DNA of 64,000 nt from Anthoceros angustus. Lineage: Eukaryota > Plantae > Anthocerotophyta. Positions 46,830-57,463 of the stretch are shown piece by piece (within the stretch, counting starts at the first letter, position 1; every line of letters starts with the position of its first letter). A program made the translations under genes and the position numbers. Below the pieces are notes generated by a model. It saw nothing but the letters and a program-made list of their open reading frames with translations, did not search any database and was not told the origin of the DNA. The stretch is taken from NCBI GenBank assembly GCA_010909165.1, contig MU008163.1, forward strand, positions 1,612,001 to 1,676,000. Reading direction: 5' to 3'.

Positions 46830-49334
46830 TCAGGGGACCCTGCGGACCTGGATTGACTGCAGCATCTCTGCTTGACAGGGCGGGGAGATGTCTGACACAG
46901 CAATGACCAGGTCTCCGGATTTTATCATCCCTCGGGCGATGAGCAAGGCAAAGGTTCGCTGAAGGCTGTCCTCCATGTCCTCTGAGAAATCCAGGCGGAA
47001 GGGGATGAGGCCCCATTGAATGTTGAGTCGGTGCCGGACACTCTTGGATTCGGTGAAGGCAAAAATGGGGCAGTCGGGACGACATCTGGAAAGGAGGGAG
47101 GCCATGTAGCCTCTCCTCGTGTACACGAAGATGGCGTCTACATCCAGCGTGTTGGCTGTGAAAGCCGGGCACAACTCGTCATCATCTGAAAGTAAACAGG
47201 ACAACGCATGGACAAACACTTTTGCTTGCGACTTTGGACTCACCCATTACGGCAGCTGAGGTGCATATTTGCTCCGAGACGCGTTCGGTCCATGTAGTCG
47301 ACAGTTCGGGAAGGTGGAGGGACTCGAAGTGCTTCTGTTCACGGCAGCTCTGCTCGATTCGGAGGCTTACTGTTCGGAGAACACTTAGTGCCTTCTCTGG
47401 GAAAAGACCCATTGCCGATTCTCCTGAGAGCATCAATGCGTCTGCACGCTGTCGAACCGCATCCGAGACATCGGCAACCTGACGCAAGTAGGACAACAGA
47501 AAATTACGAGTTACCACACCACTCGGCCAAGGGTCACCTTTGGCAAGTACCTTTGGAGCAGATGATGTTATGTAAGATACCTCAGCCCTAGTAGGTGTTG
47601 GGTATTCAATCATCGAGTCCAGAAGCTGTGAAGCCACAATCACAGGTTTGTTCAGCTCCCGGCATATCTGCACGATCTCTTGCTGTACGGAAGGAACCAG
47701 TTCCAGCGGAATCTGAGCTCCTAAATCTCCTCTTGCCACCATGGCTCCATCAGAAAATTGGATAATTTCTTCCAAGTTCCTTAGTGATTCGCCGCTTTCC
47801 AGTTTTGCAAAAACTCCGATGGACCTGCAGGTGAATGCTTGCAAGTTTGAGTGTCAGTCGTGTTGCTACAAGGAACCTACCAAGCACACAGCCACGACAA
47901 CTTTTACCCTTCTGCGGAGCGAGCAGCAATATAGCTTTTAAGATGCTTCACAACATCAGCTGACTTAACAAAAGAGATGGCAATGAAGTCGACTTTTTCA
48001 GCGATAGCGAAATCGATGTCCAGCCAGTCCTGGACAGACAAAAGCAACTTGAAAAGTCAAGCTCAAACGGGTCTCAAATCTCTCGGCAGCAGAATATCCC
48101 AGTGGCTTCGCAAGGGAGTTCCTGATAACCGTGACTAGACGGCACTTGAAGCCAAGCATGTCAAGTATGACGGCAACAGAAGGTCCAATCGGCAGACAAG
48201 GTAACCGGCAAGAAAAATGACCAGCAGAGATGTGTCACCGGATGCACGAGACCATACCTTGGATGACAATGTCGGAAGCATGTCATTTCGATCATGAACT
48301 AGATGGCCATTTCTCCAAAACGTCAGATTTGCTCTAGGTAAGAGCAAACCATGATCACTAACTCGGCACTTCACATCTGGTCCAATCTTATCAACCACTT
48401 CAAACCTCGCCATGCCGCCATCCACGACGACCTCGTCTCCAATAAGAACAGCTATCCATCACAGTACCATGCAGTTGTCACAACGACACCCCGCTCAGCT
48501 TTAACGGTGGATAACTGCACAACCAGAAAAGAAGTCCCATCTTTGACTGACGACTGTAGTGACGACAGCTTCTCACCTTCTGCAAATGCTTCATAATTTA
48601 CATAAATAGTTCGAGGAGAGGCTGTTTCCTGGCCACGGACTGTGAACGTCCACTCCTCCCCCTCCTGCAAGAAGGCACACCCACAATTCAATACTCACAA
48701 CCAGATGAGAAACAGCAAGGACAAGCAATAATGCAGTGGGCTGGGCAGCGGTGACCTCAGCTTTCGCAGATGACGCACCCCCCAAGTCTCCCATGTGAAT
48801 TTCGGTTCCTTCCGTGTCTACCATCACGGCAACCGAGTACCCCTTTTCGTCATTCAGCCTTCGAATTTTCTTGATTACCTCCCGATGCCACTCTCGAGTA
48901 CCATGGCACATATTCAGCCTAGCAACGTTCATGCCTCCTATAGCCAAAGCCTTCAGCTGCTCGAAACTACATGACGCAGGCCCAATTGTGCACACAAGCT
49001 TGGTCCTCCTGGTACTCCGGTAACCGTTCTCCCTCATCACCGCTTCCGCAACTGTGTCCACCTCAAGAGCTTCCAGAGTTGCAGCCTTAACAGGCCAGTG
49101 AGGCTCCTCCACCACGCCCGCCTTTTCAGGCTTCCCAAATCCCGCATCAGTGCCACCGACCCCGTCTTTGCGAGCCACTGCCGCAGGCTGCACAACGCGG
49201 CAGTTCGAGAAGCAGCCCCCTCGAGCTTTCTTCAAGGGAAACGAGCACAGGCTACTTCCAACTCCCTGGCCCGCCAATTCCCCGTGCAAGGAGGAGGCCG
49301 GAGGCACCAGTATGCTCATTCGTAGACACTCCAT
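46830..49334 (-). CDS. PKP1: Plastidial pyruvate kinase alpha subunit (multi-exon)
   Basis: Transit peptide followed by [101 protein letters not shown] and QSIQVRRVP*. Confidence 0.95.
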
Positions 49335-50663
49335 CGCTCTCTCCGCCAACAACCCCGATGTTCCACCCGATCTGCTCTTCCTAACCGCACTCTAACATGC
49401 ACCGCTACTCCCCTCCCCTCACCTCACCTCACCTCACTGCTCAACCCTCAGCTTGAGCAGCTACAAACCAAACGAAGAAGCAGCAAGGCTTCACAACTGC
49501 AATCACATTTCACCACAAAATTGAAGCTACAATGCGGTGAGAACTAGGTCGGAAGCAGCCAATTGCCGAACAGACATCCAATGCACGAACCTTAGACTAC
49601 CGCTCAAAAGGGAACCAACAGTACTGTCAGAAGCCAGTCCATTCATCGCTCTTCATACCACACAAGACGCCAATCTGAGAAAGGAAACAACAAACCGCAA
49701 TCTTCCTCCTACATACATACCATTTCAGGCCCAAATTGCACATTGCACAGGTCACAGCTCCAGGCAATTTCATCCACAAGCGGTTACAACCCTACCTTTC
49801 TGGCGGTATCAAATCTGCTGAGCGGGAGACAGATCCATTTTCCAGGGTTCCATTGTCCAAGCACATTCTTGGCTTCCGCAATGTCCGATCCCGGAGAGCA
49901 GATCCTGAAGAGGAGCTGCCGGCCTCCAACATTTTGGCCAGAGACGGGAAATGGATCTTGCGTGACAGGGCGCTGCCACGTGGGATTGCGGCTGGCGCCA
50001 AGGCCACGTCGTCTGGTCCGCCCGTTGCCCTCTTGCCCTCTTGGACCTGGACGGGCGGATCGGCCACACGATGGCGGCGAAACCGTGGCGGCGAAACCGT
50101 GGCGGCGGAACTTCCTGTCTTCGCGGGCGGTTCTTCCCGCAATCGTGTCATCGGTTTCGCAAATTAGCCTCGGCTGATCTTTCGAGGTACGGAACCGCGG
50201 CATATATGTTTGCATGTTCCCCTCTAGTACGGTCGAAGAGATCGACGGAGGACCCGAGAAGCCGATGCTACCTAACTAGAAAAGGAGCTGAAACAAAAAA
50301 CGCTGATACCGAAAAGAATATTTATATTACGAACATAGATAGTTTTGTAAAATTTTCATGTCGATGCTCTCACATTGGAACCAGCATGCCCTCCAGGATT
50401 TGCGTGAACAAATTATATACTACTTGTATATATTATTATTTTATGTATTTGATATAAATTAATTATGATGAATATTTTTTACCTATATAATGTCTTGGTG
50501 TTCAAACATGTTGGTTGATTGATTCTTACGTGTTCTAAAGTTGTTTGATTCTTACGTCTTGGGTGGACATTGGGATGTGCTTTGTACAATGAAATATAAT
50601 TAATTCAAAAATAAATGTGTGCAATTCTTTACAGAATAACCTGCAATTCTAGTGTGTAGGGCA

Positions 50664-51921
50664 ATGTTGAGTGATGGTAATCTTCTTCATAGATTATCTA
50701 TGAAGCTTTGGAAAAAATGGGTTCGATCTTACAGTCATGGAAGAGTGTTTTTGCTAACGATTGTAATTTCGATTCTTGCTATCCCTTTCATGCTGCATAA
50801 TTGTAGTAATGAGTTCCGTGCCAACTACAAAGCTTCTCCAATCTATCTCCGATATGTAGGTTTTTTTAGACCATTGTGGGGAACCCCTCCTAAACCTTTT
50901 GAGTATGTTGTTCATTTCTATGGAGAAGATTTGAGTCACGAGAAATTATGTCACTTGCATGGGTGGGCACCTCGTAGCAAACCAAGAAGGGTCTTTGATG
51001 CAATTTTGTTCGGCAATGAAGTGGATATTCTCGAGATAAGATTAAGAGAACTTCAAAATGAAGTAGACAGGTATTTTACATTCAATGTTTATCACTGTGG
51101 CTATTGTATACATGTTTCTAGTTTGACACTATGTTCTCACCAAATATTAATGCCTTATGTCATTTAGGTTTATAATAATGGAATCTCACACAACTTTCAC
51201 GGGTTTGCCCAAAAAGTTATATTTCGTGGACAATGAGGAGAGATATTCATTTGCAAAAAACCTTATTGCACACAATTCAACTTTGGGACACAAACTAGGA
51301 AAACATGAACATGCTTTTCACCAGGAGGATGAGCAAAGGGATGCAATAAATAGCTTATTGAAAGCAAATGGGATTGCAGATGGGGATCTATTGATCATGT
51401 CAGATGTGGATGAAATTCCTAGCAAACATACAATTAATTTGCTAAAATGGTGTGACGGAATTCCATCTGTACTGCATCTACAATTGAAAAATTATTTATA
51501 TTCATTTGAATTTCCACTTGATTATGGTTCTTGGAAGTCCTCTGCACATGTTTTTCAGTCTGGTAAGACATCGTATGGCTTACGTGAGAGACAGACTGAT
51601 GTAATATTAGCTGATGCTGGTTGGCATTGCAGTTTTTGTTTCAGACATATAGAGGACCTTCAATTTAAAATTAAAGCGTACAGTCATGCAGATAGACTAA
51701 AATATCATCCCCAGGTGCTTGATTCAACTCGCATACAAGAACATGTTTGCAATGGAGTTAACTTATTTGATAGCTTTCCTCAAGAGTATACCTATAGAGA
51801 TTTAATAGGTAAAATGGGTCCTCCCAATCCATCATATTCTGCGGTGAATTTACCTTCTTGGGTGTTGAAGAATGTAGATAAATTTAGTTTTCTTCTACCA
51901 AGGAATTGCATTCGACACTAG
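50664..51921 (+). CDS. Glycosyltransferase family 17 (beta-1,4-GlcNAc transferase III / MGAT3-like); exons 50664-51070 and 51168-51921; the exact start is uncertain
   Basis: N-terminal TM segment, PLWGTPPKPF, HGWAPRSKPRRVFDAILFGNEVDILEIR..EL, ES..TFTG..K.LYF, LLIMSDVDEIPS, SFEFP.D..SW, DAGWHCSFCFR, K.KAYSHADR and FLLP.NC; 97-bp GT-AG intron. Confidence 0.93.
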
Positions 51922-52269
51922 ATGCCAGTTTTGCAGTAAATGGTTTTCATTGTCTTTTCAATTTGATGAATTATTATCATAAAATTTATTTATGAAAGAG
52001 AAATGAGTGATATTATATGGTGAAACAACATAGAAGATGTTGTATTTTCAAAGTCGTGGATTACAAAGAATAACAGGAAGAAGTCATTTGAAACAAAGAA
52101 CAACAGAACTCTAGCTCGCACGTTAACGCACATAACTTTTAAATGCCTTATTAATACAGGAGAACTTCAAATTGAATTAGGTCAAAAGAAAAGTATAACT
52201 TTCTTTATGTAATTTGTAATCTTGAATTTATACCATGTTATACATATTGTGATTTGTCTTTCCAAAAAT

Positions 52270-53981
52270 TTAATCAACCTCTTCGATCACATACTCAGGT
52301 TTTTTATTGACTCTGTCTCTAAGCTTTTGGTCATCTTCCAAATTGGATCTTGAAGGACCTATATGAAGAGTTTCTTGAAGATCACTAATTGACCAAGGAT
52401 GCATTGCACTACAACGACTGTATGTCTTTACTTCTACAATCATCCAAGCCTTCGGATGTGGTTTATCAAAGCAAAATACATATCTCCCTGTATGCAATTG
52501 CATACGAAATGTTTGTGATCCCACATTATGAACCCATATGGATATAATAAGACTAACCATCTGTGGTAAAATTTTAGCTAATCCAGCCCTAGGATATTTG
52601 GGATACGCTATAAGAAAAGGACCTCCTTCACCAAGAATTCTTTGTATAATAACTGCTATTGTTTGATCATTGTACAACATTTCAAGAAATGGACCCCTTT
52701 CTCCTTCTACAACTCTATATGAAGTAGGTTGTTCATTAGCTCGGGTACAAGGAGGATCCAAAAACCCTTCTCTTGGATCTATAGCAAACATCCATGTCCA
52801 AACCACTTGTCTTCTTTCATTGATTCTTTCCATTGCCGCTCGTTCACCATAATATAAGGTGATTACAGATCGCTTATTTGTAAATCCAATATCCACTCCA
52901 TCTTCTAAAAGCTCTCTTACAATAAATGCACCTGTGAGGTAGAAAATCGACCTTGTGAGAATATTTTTAAATAAATCTCAGATATATTCTTAATGTGCTA
53001 TAAAATAATATTGAATATTATTAGCAGTTTTTCAAGATTATGATCAAAAAAGAATATGCTTAAAGAACCATTTTCATGTTTGTATGTCCAAATGTATTCG
53101 TTGTTTTCAAGTGGAGGATATATGCGATCATCTCCAGTAGCTTATATGCTTAAAAAACATCCACTTAACCACCTTCATGATCTTTTTCTCGGAACGGATA
53201 ATCATCATATGCACCCAACGCTTCAAAGAAAAAGTAAATATACAAAGATTCGGGTTTCGCTTGACAACTTATGTATATATCTTTTTCTCCATAGTTTAAA
53301 ATATGGTCTTCCTCAAGTGCATTACCGTATCCATATGTATAACCTCTTAGTATGTAATCCTCCAGATAAAATTTTATCAATTGTGATAAAATATTTTCTA
53401 CCGCATCTTTTAAATTTATATTATTTTTGAAATTAAAAGGATGTACAAGAGACCACCTCTTACCTGCAAACACATAGTACTTAACCTGCAACACAATTAT
53501 TTTTTTGTAAGTTTATATGTAAGTCACATAATAGTCTGGTTATTTTACTATTTGTTTTAAGTAAATACCTCTCTTGTATCCGGACGCAATTCACGCCATA
53601 TAGTACTAGGATCTACGGACCATTTAGTATCAAGAATCAATCGAGGATCGCTCCGTGTGGTGCTTTGATGTTTTTTTAAGACCATAGCCCCTATGGAATA
53701 CCAATGAAGATTAGTATTTTAATCTTTACCAAAATAAGTTCATATGTAGATTATAAAATTATAACCTCGCATTAGTCGACAATACACTTAATTTATATAT
53801 CTATGTATTGTATTAAGATTATGGTCATAGAATCAGTTAGAATACCTCGAGGCCAAGGTCGTAAAATAGGATAACTTGGTTGTTCGCCTGTCACATGATG
53901 AGTTAATCTCTTCAAAACATACTCCTTTAAGAACGGGACTTGTGCTGTATTCTGTAGCATATTTTCCCCATACTCTGACAT
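52270..53981 (-). CDS. Unrecognised 4-exon protein-coding gene of about 410 aa: exons 53981-53846, 53690-53569, 53485-53173 (or -53170), 52931-52270
   Basis: All three introns are GT-AG and their phases match (1, 0, 1). The joined frame of 1233 nt is open in very AT-rich DNA and ends TAA at 52272-52270. Confidence 0.75.
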
Positions 53982-54351
53982 TATATATGTCCTTATGAGT
54001 TCTTGAATTTGTTATTCTAAACTCCAAGTGAATATATAATATGTTTTAGAAAATTGTTAGAATATGTGTTTTATAAACTATTAGCTTGAGAAAGGTGGTG
54101 CAATTCTAAAAGTATATCCTTTTAGTTTTTTAAAATACACATAAACTCAATAATTTAGTCTTGAATCACAAGCCTAGATGGTGATTTATGGAATCTATAT
54201 TTCTATTATAGAACATAAAATTTCAATTATCATGTTAAATATGCCTAGTTCATATGTTGAGAGTCTTGCTGAAATCTATAAGTCAATCTACTAGCCAATC
54301 TATGTCCAAGTACTATATCAAAATTTCATTGAGAGGTATGCGTTGGTTTGA

Positions 54352-54747
54352 ATGATGATGAATATGTCAAATAAACATCCATCTACAATAATTCAAATTG
54401 ATGAACCTTTTGCTCTCAATCTTAATCCAAGTACCGAACAAGTTCCACCCCCTGATAGAATAATCACACATAGAACAAAATCACTGAGTAAGTACCTTTT
54501 CACAGATTTTTTAGTAAGATGGGATGCCATACCAGGAGAGACCCTAGAACGAGAAGACTGGATTTCATACTGGGATCTTATCATCAAATTTCCCAAAAGC
54601 CTGCTGGAAATATACACCAAAGAATTTGGTCAAGAAAACGTAAAAATAATGCCCCAATTTTACATGGGAAGAAAAATAGCACAAACTTGTTTGAATAATA
54701 CCACAACACCACCTAAGAAGAAAAATAAAGGAAGATTTCATAGATAG
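54352..54747 (+). CDS. Stand-alone chromodomain-like ORF (131 aa) with a basic C-terminal tail
   Basis: PDRIITHRTK...TDFLVRWDAIPGETLEREDWISYWDLIIKFPKSLLEIY matches the chromodomain pattern (I..HR...YLVKW....E.TWE...L...P..L..F); tail PPKKKNKGRFHR. Confidence 0.65.
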   Translation: MMMNMSNKHPSTIIQIDEPFALNLNPSTEQVPPPDRIITHRTKSLSKYLFTDFLVRWDAIPGETLEREDWISYWDLIIKFPKSLLEIYTKEFGQENVKIMPQFYMGRKIAQTCLNNTTTPPKKKNKGRFHR

Positions 54748-55329
54748 GAAAAATTTATCGTTTGAGAACTTCTTTTAAAAAAAAATGAACTTCTTTACAA
54801 AATATTACTTGTAAAGTACCCAGTGTCAATGTAACTTACTACAAGTTCAACTTACTATGGGTTCTTTAAGCTCATTTAGAACCTCCATCGGTGGGGTGGA
54901 GGGTGGAATGATCACCTACTTTGTTTCCTAAAATTGTTATAATATAATGATTAAAATAATGAAATAATTATTTATTATGACTACTATAGTTGATAATAAT
55001 AATAATAATAATAATTTATCAGAAATATGATAGTTAAAATAAAATAATTATTTTAATTTTATCTAAGAATATTTAAAATAATTATTTGGCCCCTTTGCCT
55101 TCTTTAACATTCCATGTGTGTAGAGGCTAGCTTCTCCGGGCTATTCTGACCGTGATTAAGCATCCTGAGCTTAGATCGGTACTTAGATGGGGTGCTTAAA
55201 GGGAATGGATGCCCTTGGTGCAAGTAGCTTAGGCACACCATGGTACAAGTTGTCAAGTACCAAGTCCCATGACGGAAATCCGTCCTTAGTGGACTCAAAT
55301 AAAATTCTTCTTCTTCTTCTATTCCCTCA

Positions 55330-55560
55330 GCTCACTGTTTAGAGTCGTGTGAAACTTTGCATCAATGTGAAAAGTCCTATTTTCTAATTTTCTCGTGTAG
55401 TTTCAAAGTCGTGTGAAACTTTGCATCAAATATGGGAAGTTTTATTTTCTAACTTGCTCGTGCAGCTGTTGGGCACATCAAGATGTTCTCGTCTTTGCAT
55501 CAAACATGGGAAATCCTATTTTCTAACTTGCTCGTGCAGCTGTTGGGCACATCAAGTTGT
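55330..55560. repeat. Degenerate tandem repeats of about 70-90 bp at the right edge of the AT-rich island
   Basis: gtcgtgtgaaactttgcatcaa occurs twice; tttgcatcaaa(c/t)atggga...ttttctaacttgctcgtgcagctgttgggcacatcaag occurs twice. Confidence 0.8.
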
Positions 55561-56264
55561 TCGCGTGCCCAAGTTGTTCGCAGGCTTGATTGCTAGAGGC
55601 CAAGCAACCGGGCATCAGCCCATTTTCCTCGACCTGCATAACGGCACCATAGCCAGCATCAACAATATCTTGTGGTATCTAAACTATGAGGAATGGAAAA
55701 TATAATATCTCATCAATTTCGTATAAGGACCCGAGGCCTAACCCTTAAGCTGCATTGCGGTATAGGTCTGTACTCATCTGGTTAGGAGCACGCTGGCCCC
55801 ATAAGCTAACCCAATATCCAAACAGAGCTAATAGCTATATCAAATACGGTGCGTTCTAATAGAGCAAGGTTTGTCCGAGGAACTTGAGGTAACGCCATTT
55901 CGCCGGGAGAGAGAAAGTATCGCAACCGCGACGTGCGGATCCCGTGCCCAGAGTTGGATATGCACAGTCAGCAAATGTTTGAAACACGTTGGCAGATTTA
56001 TCTTATCCGCAATGCAAAGGAAAAGCTACTACATAGTACACAGACACATATTTGGTTTTCAGCCAGTTATGTACGAGATCCCCTTGGACAGCCGCTTGCA
56101 AGAAGTCTGGCGACGACATGAACCTCCCAACGACTACTTCCACACTGCATGTTCCGTACATGTGACTTGTCTGTTGAGATGCACGCTGGAAGACCCGATT
56201 AGATAGAAAGCCAAGTAAAAAATGCAGGAAAATTACCGAGGAGCTGATGGTGAGGCGAGGCGAG

Positions 56265-57009
56265 TCAAGAATGGAAGGCTGACGCCAAAATCTACGACAA
56301 CCCAGAAAACAGGAGAAGGAAGAGAGGAAAGAAAAGAAAGAAACGAGCAACAGAAGATGCCAGCTGCCATGTAGCAGAGGGGAATCTCACAAAGCATTTG
56401 CAGGTCGCTCGTGGATGCCCGTGCTTCTAGTTGGCACAGCAGACTAACCTACTAACCTGGGAGGGCTTGGAGGAAGTGGGCCAGTCAGGGAGCTCCAAGT
56501 GATCACGTGGTACACATCTACACCCTCCCTGATGGCAACAGAACAGCAAATGCCCTAGTCTAGTGTTGTGTTGCAACTTAGCAGTACGAAATGGCGGGGT
56601 GATGAAGCGCATGGATGTAGGTCACGTACCAGATCCAGATGCACACAAAGTAGTTCAAACGCAGGCAGGCAGGGCAGGGCTGCTGGGCACCTGGACATCT
56701 TGGGGTTGTTCCAAGATCAAGAAGCAAGCGGCAAGGACGGAAGTCGATAAGACGAGCACCACCCGGATGACACCCGTAGTAGCTGCTCATCATGAGACTG
56801 CCACACAAGTTACATGCTGTATAACCAAAGACCTCTTTTGCCGGGGAAAGAGAAGGAAGCCATCAAACATCCAGCACTGCCACTTTTTTCTAACCACACA
56901 GAAAGGAAAGGCTTAAGAAGCAACCACCACTTCAGTTCAGTTCAGTCCAGGACGACGCACACGGGAAACAGGGCCATGCAAAGTTCAGACACAGAAGCAC
57001 ACCACCCAT
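56265..57009 (-). CDS. Candidate small secreted peptide of about 64 aa; exons 57009-57006, 56782-56691, 56528-56457, 56291-56265
   Basis: GT-AG joins give MATTGVIRVVLVLSTSVLAACFLILEQPQDVQG-GCRCVPRDHLELPDWPTSSKPSQ-ILASAFHS*. The N-terminus is signal-peptide-like. The first donor is weak and no family is recognised. Confidence 0.3.
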
Positions 57010-57463
57010 GACCGCCCAACTGCGGTATGTAGGCGAGATGGGTACCCACCACAGAGATGTACACGTGGGAGAAGACACTTCGACCGAGACTGAAATCAGA
57101 AGAGATTCTTCGTACCCCTGTGCTGCAGTGAAGCAGTTGCATCGCAGCCTAGCCTTTCCGTGGTCCATCATCTCTTTCGCAGACAGCTGACAGTAAACCA
57201 TATCACCTCCTGCTCCCATGCGCAGCTCAAGTGAGAAACAGATTCGCAATACATTACATTACATATGTAAAAGAATGGGCCACCAACCATCCATGTACAT
57301 AATGGGTGGCGACCAAGAATCGAAGTTTTACAATTTCGTGTCCACCGAGAGGCTCCACTTGCGAGGCTCAAAATTGTAGTGGACATGGAAGAATCAACAC
57401 GTTCTCCTACAAACCTCTTCCCGAATACGCCCTCCAGCAGTGCCAAGCTTCAAATACAAAACT

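Noticed and set aside
49736-50215. Several overlapping 120-145 aa ORFs upstream of PKP1
   Set aside because: GC-rich promoter-like DNA with gcggcgaaaccgtg repeats, open on both strands, with no recognisable product.
50216-50290. Helitron 3' end at the left edge of the AT-rich island
   Set aside because: The CTAG next to the gtcga-agaga-tcgac hairpin has the wrong spacing and no flanking T; the other CTAG has no GC-rich hairpin.
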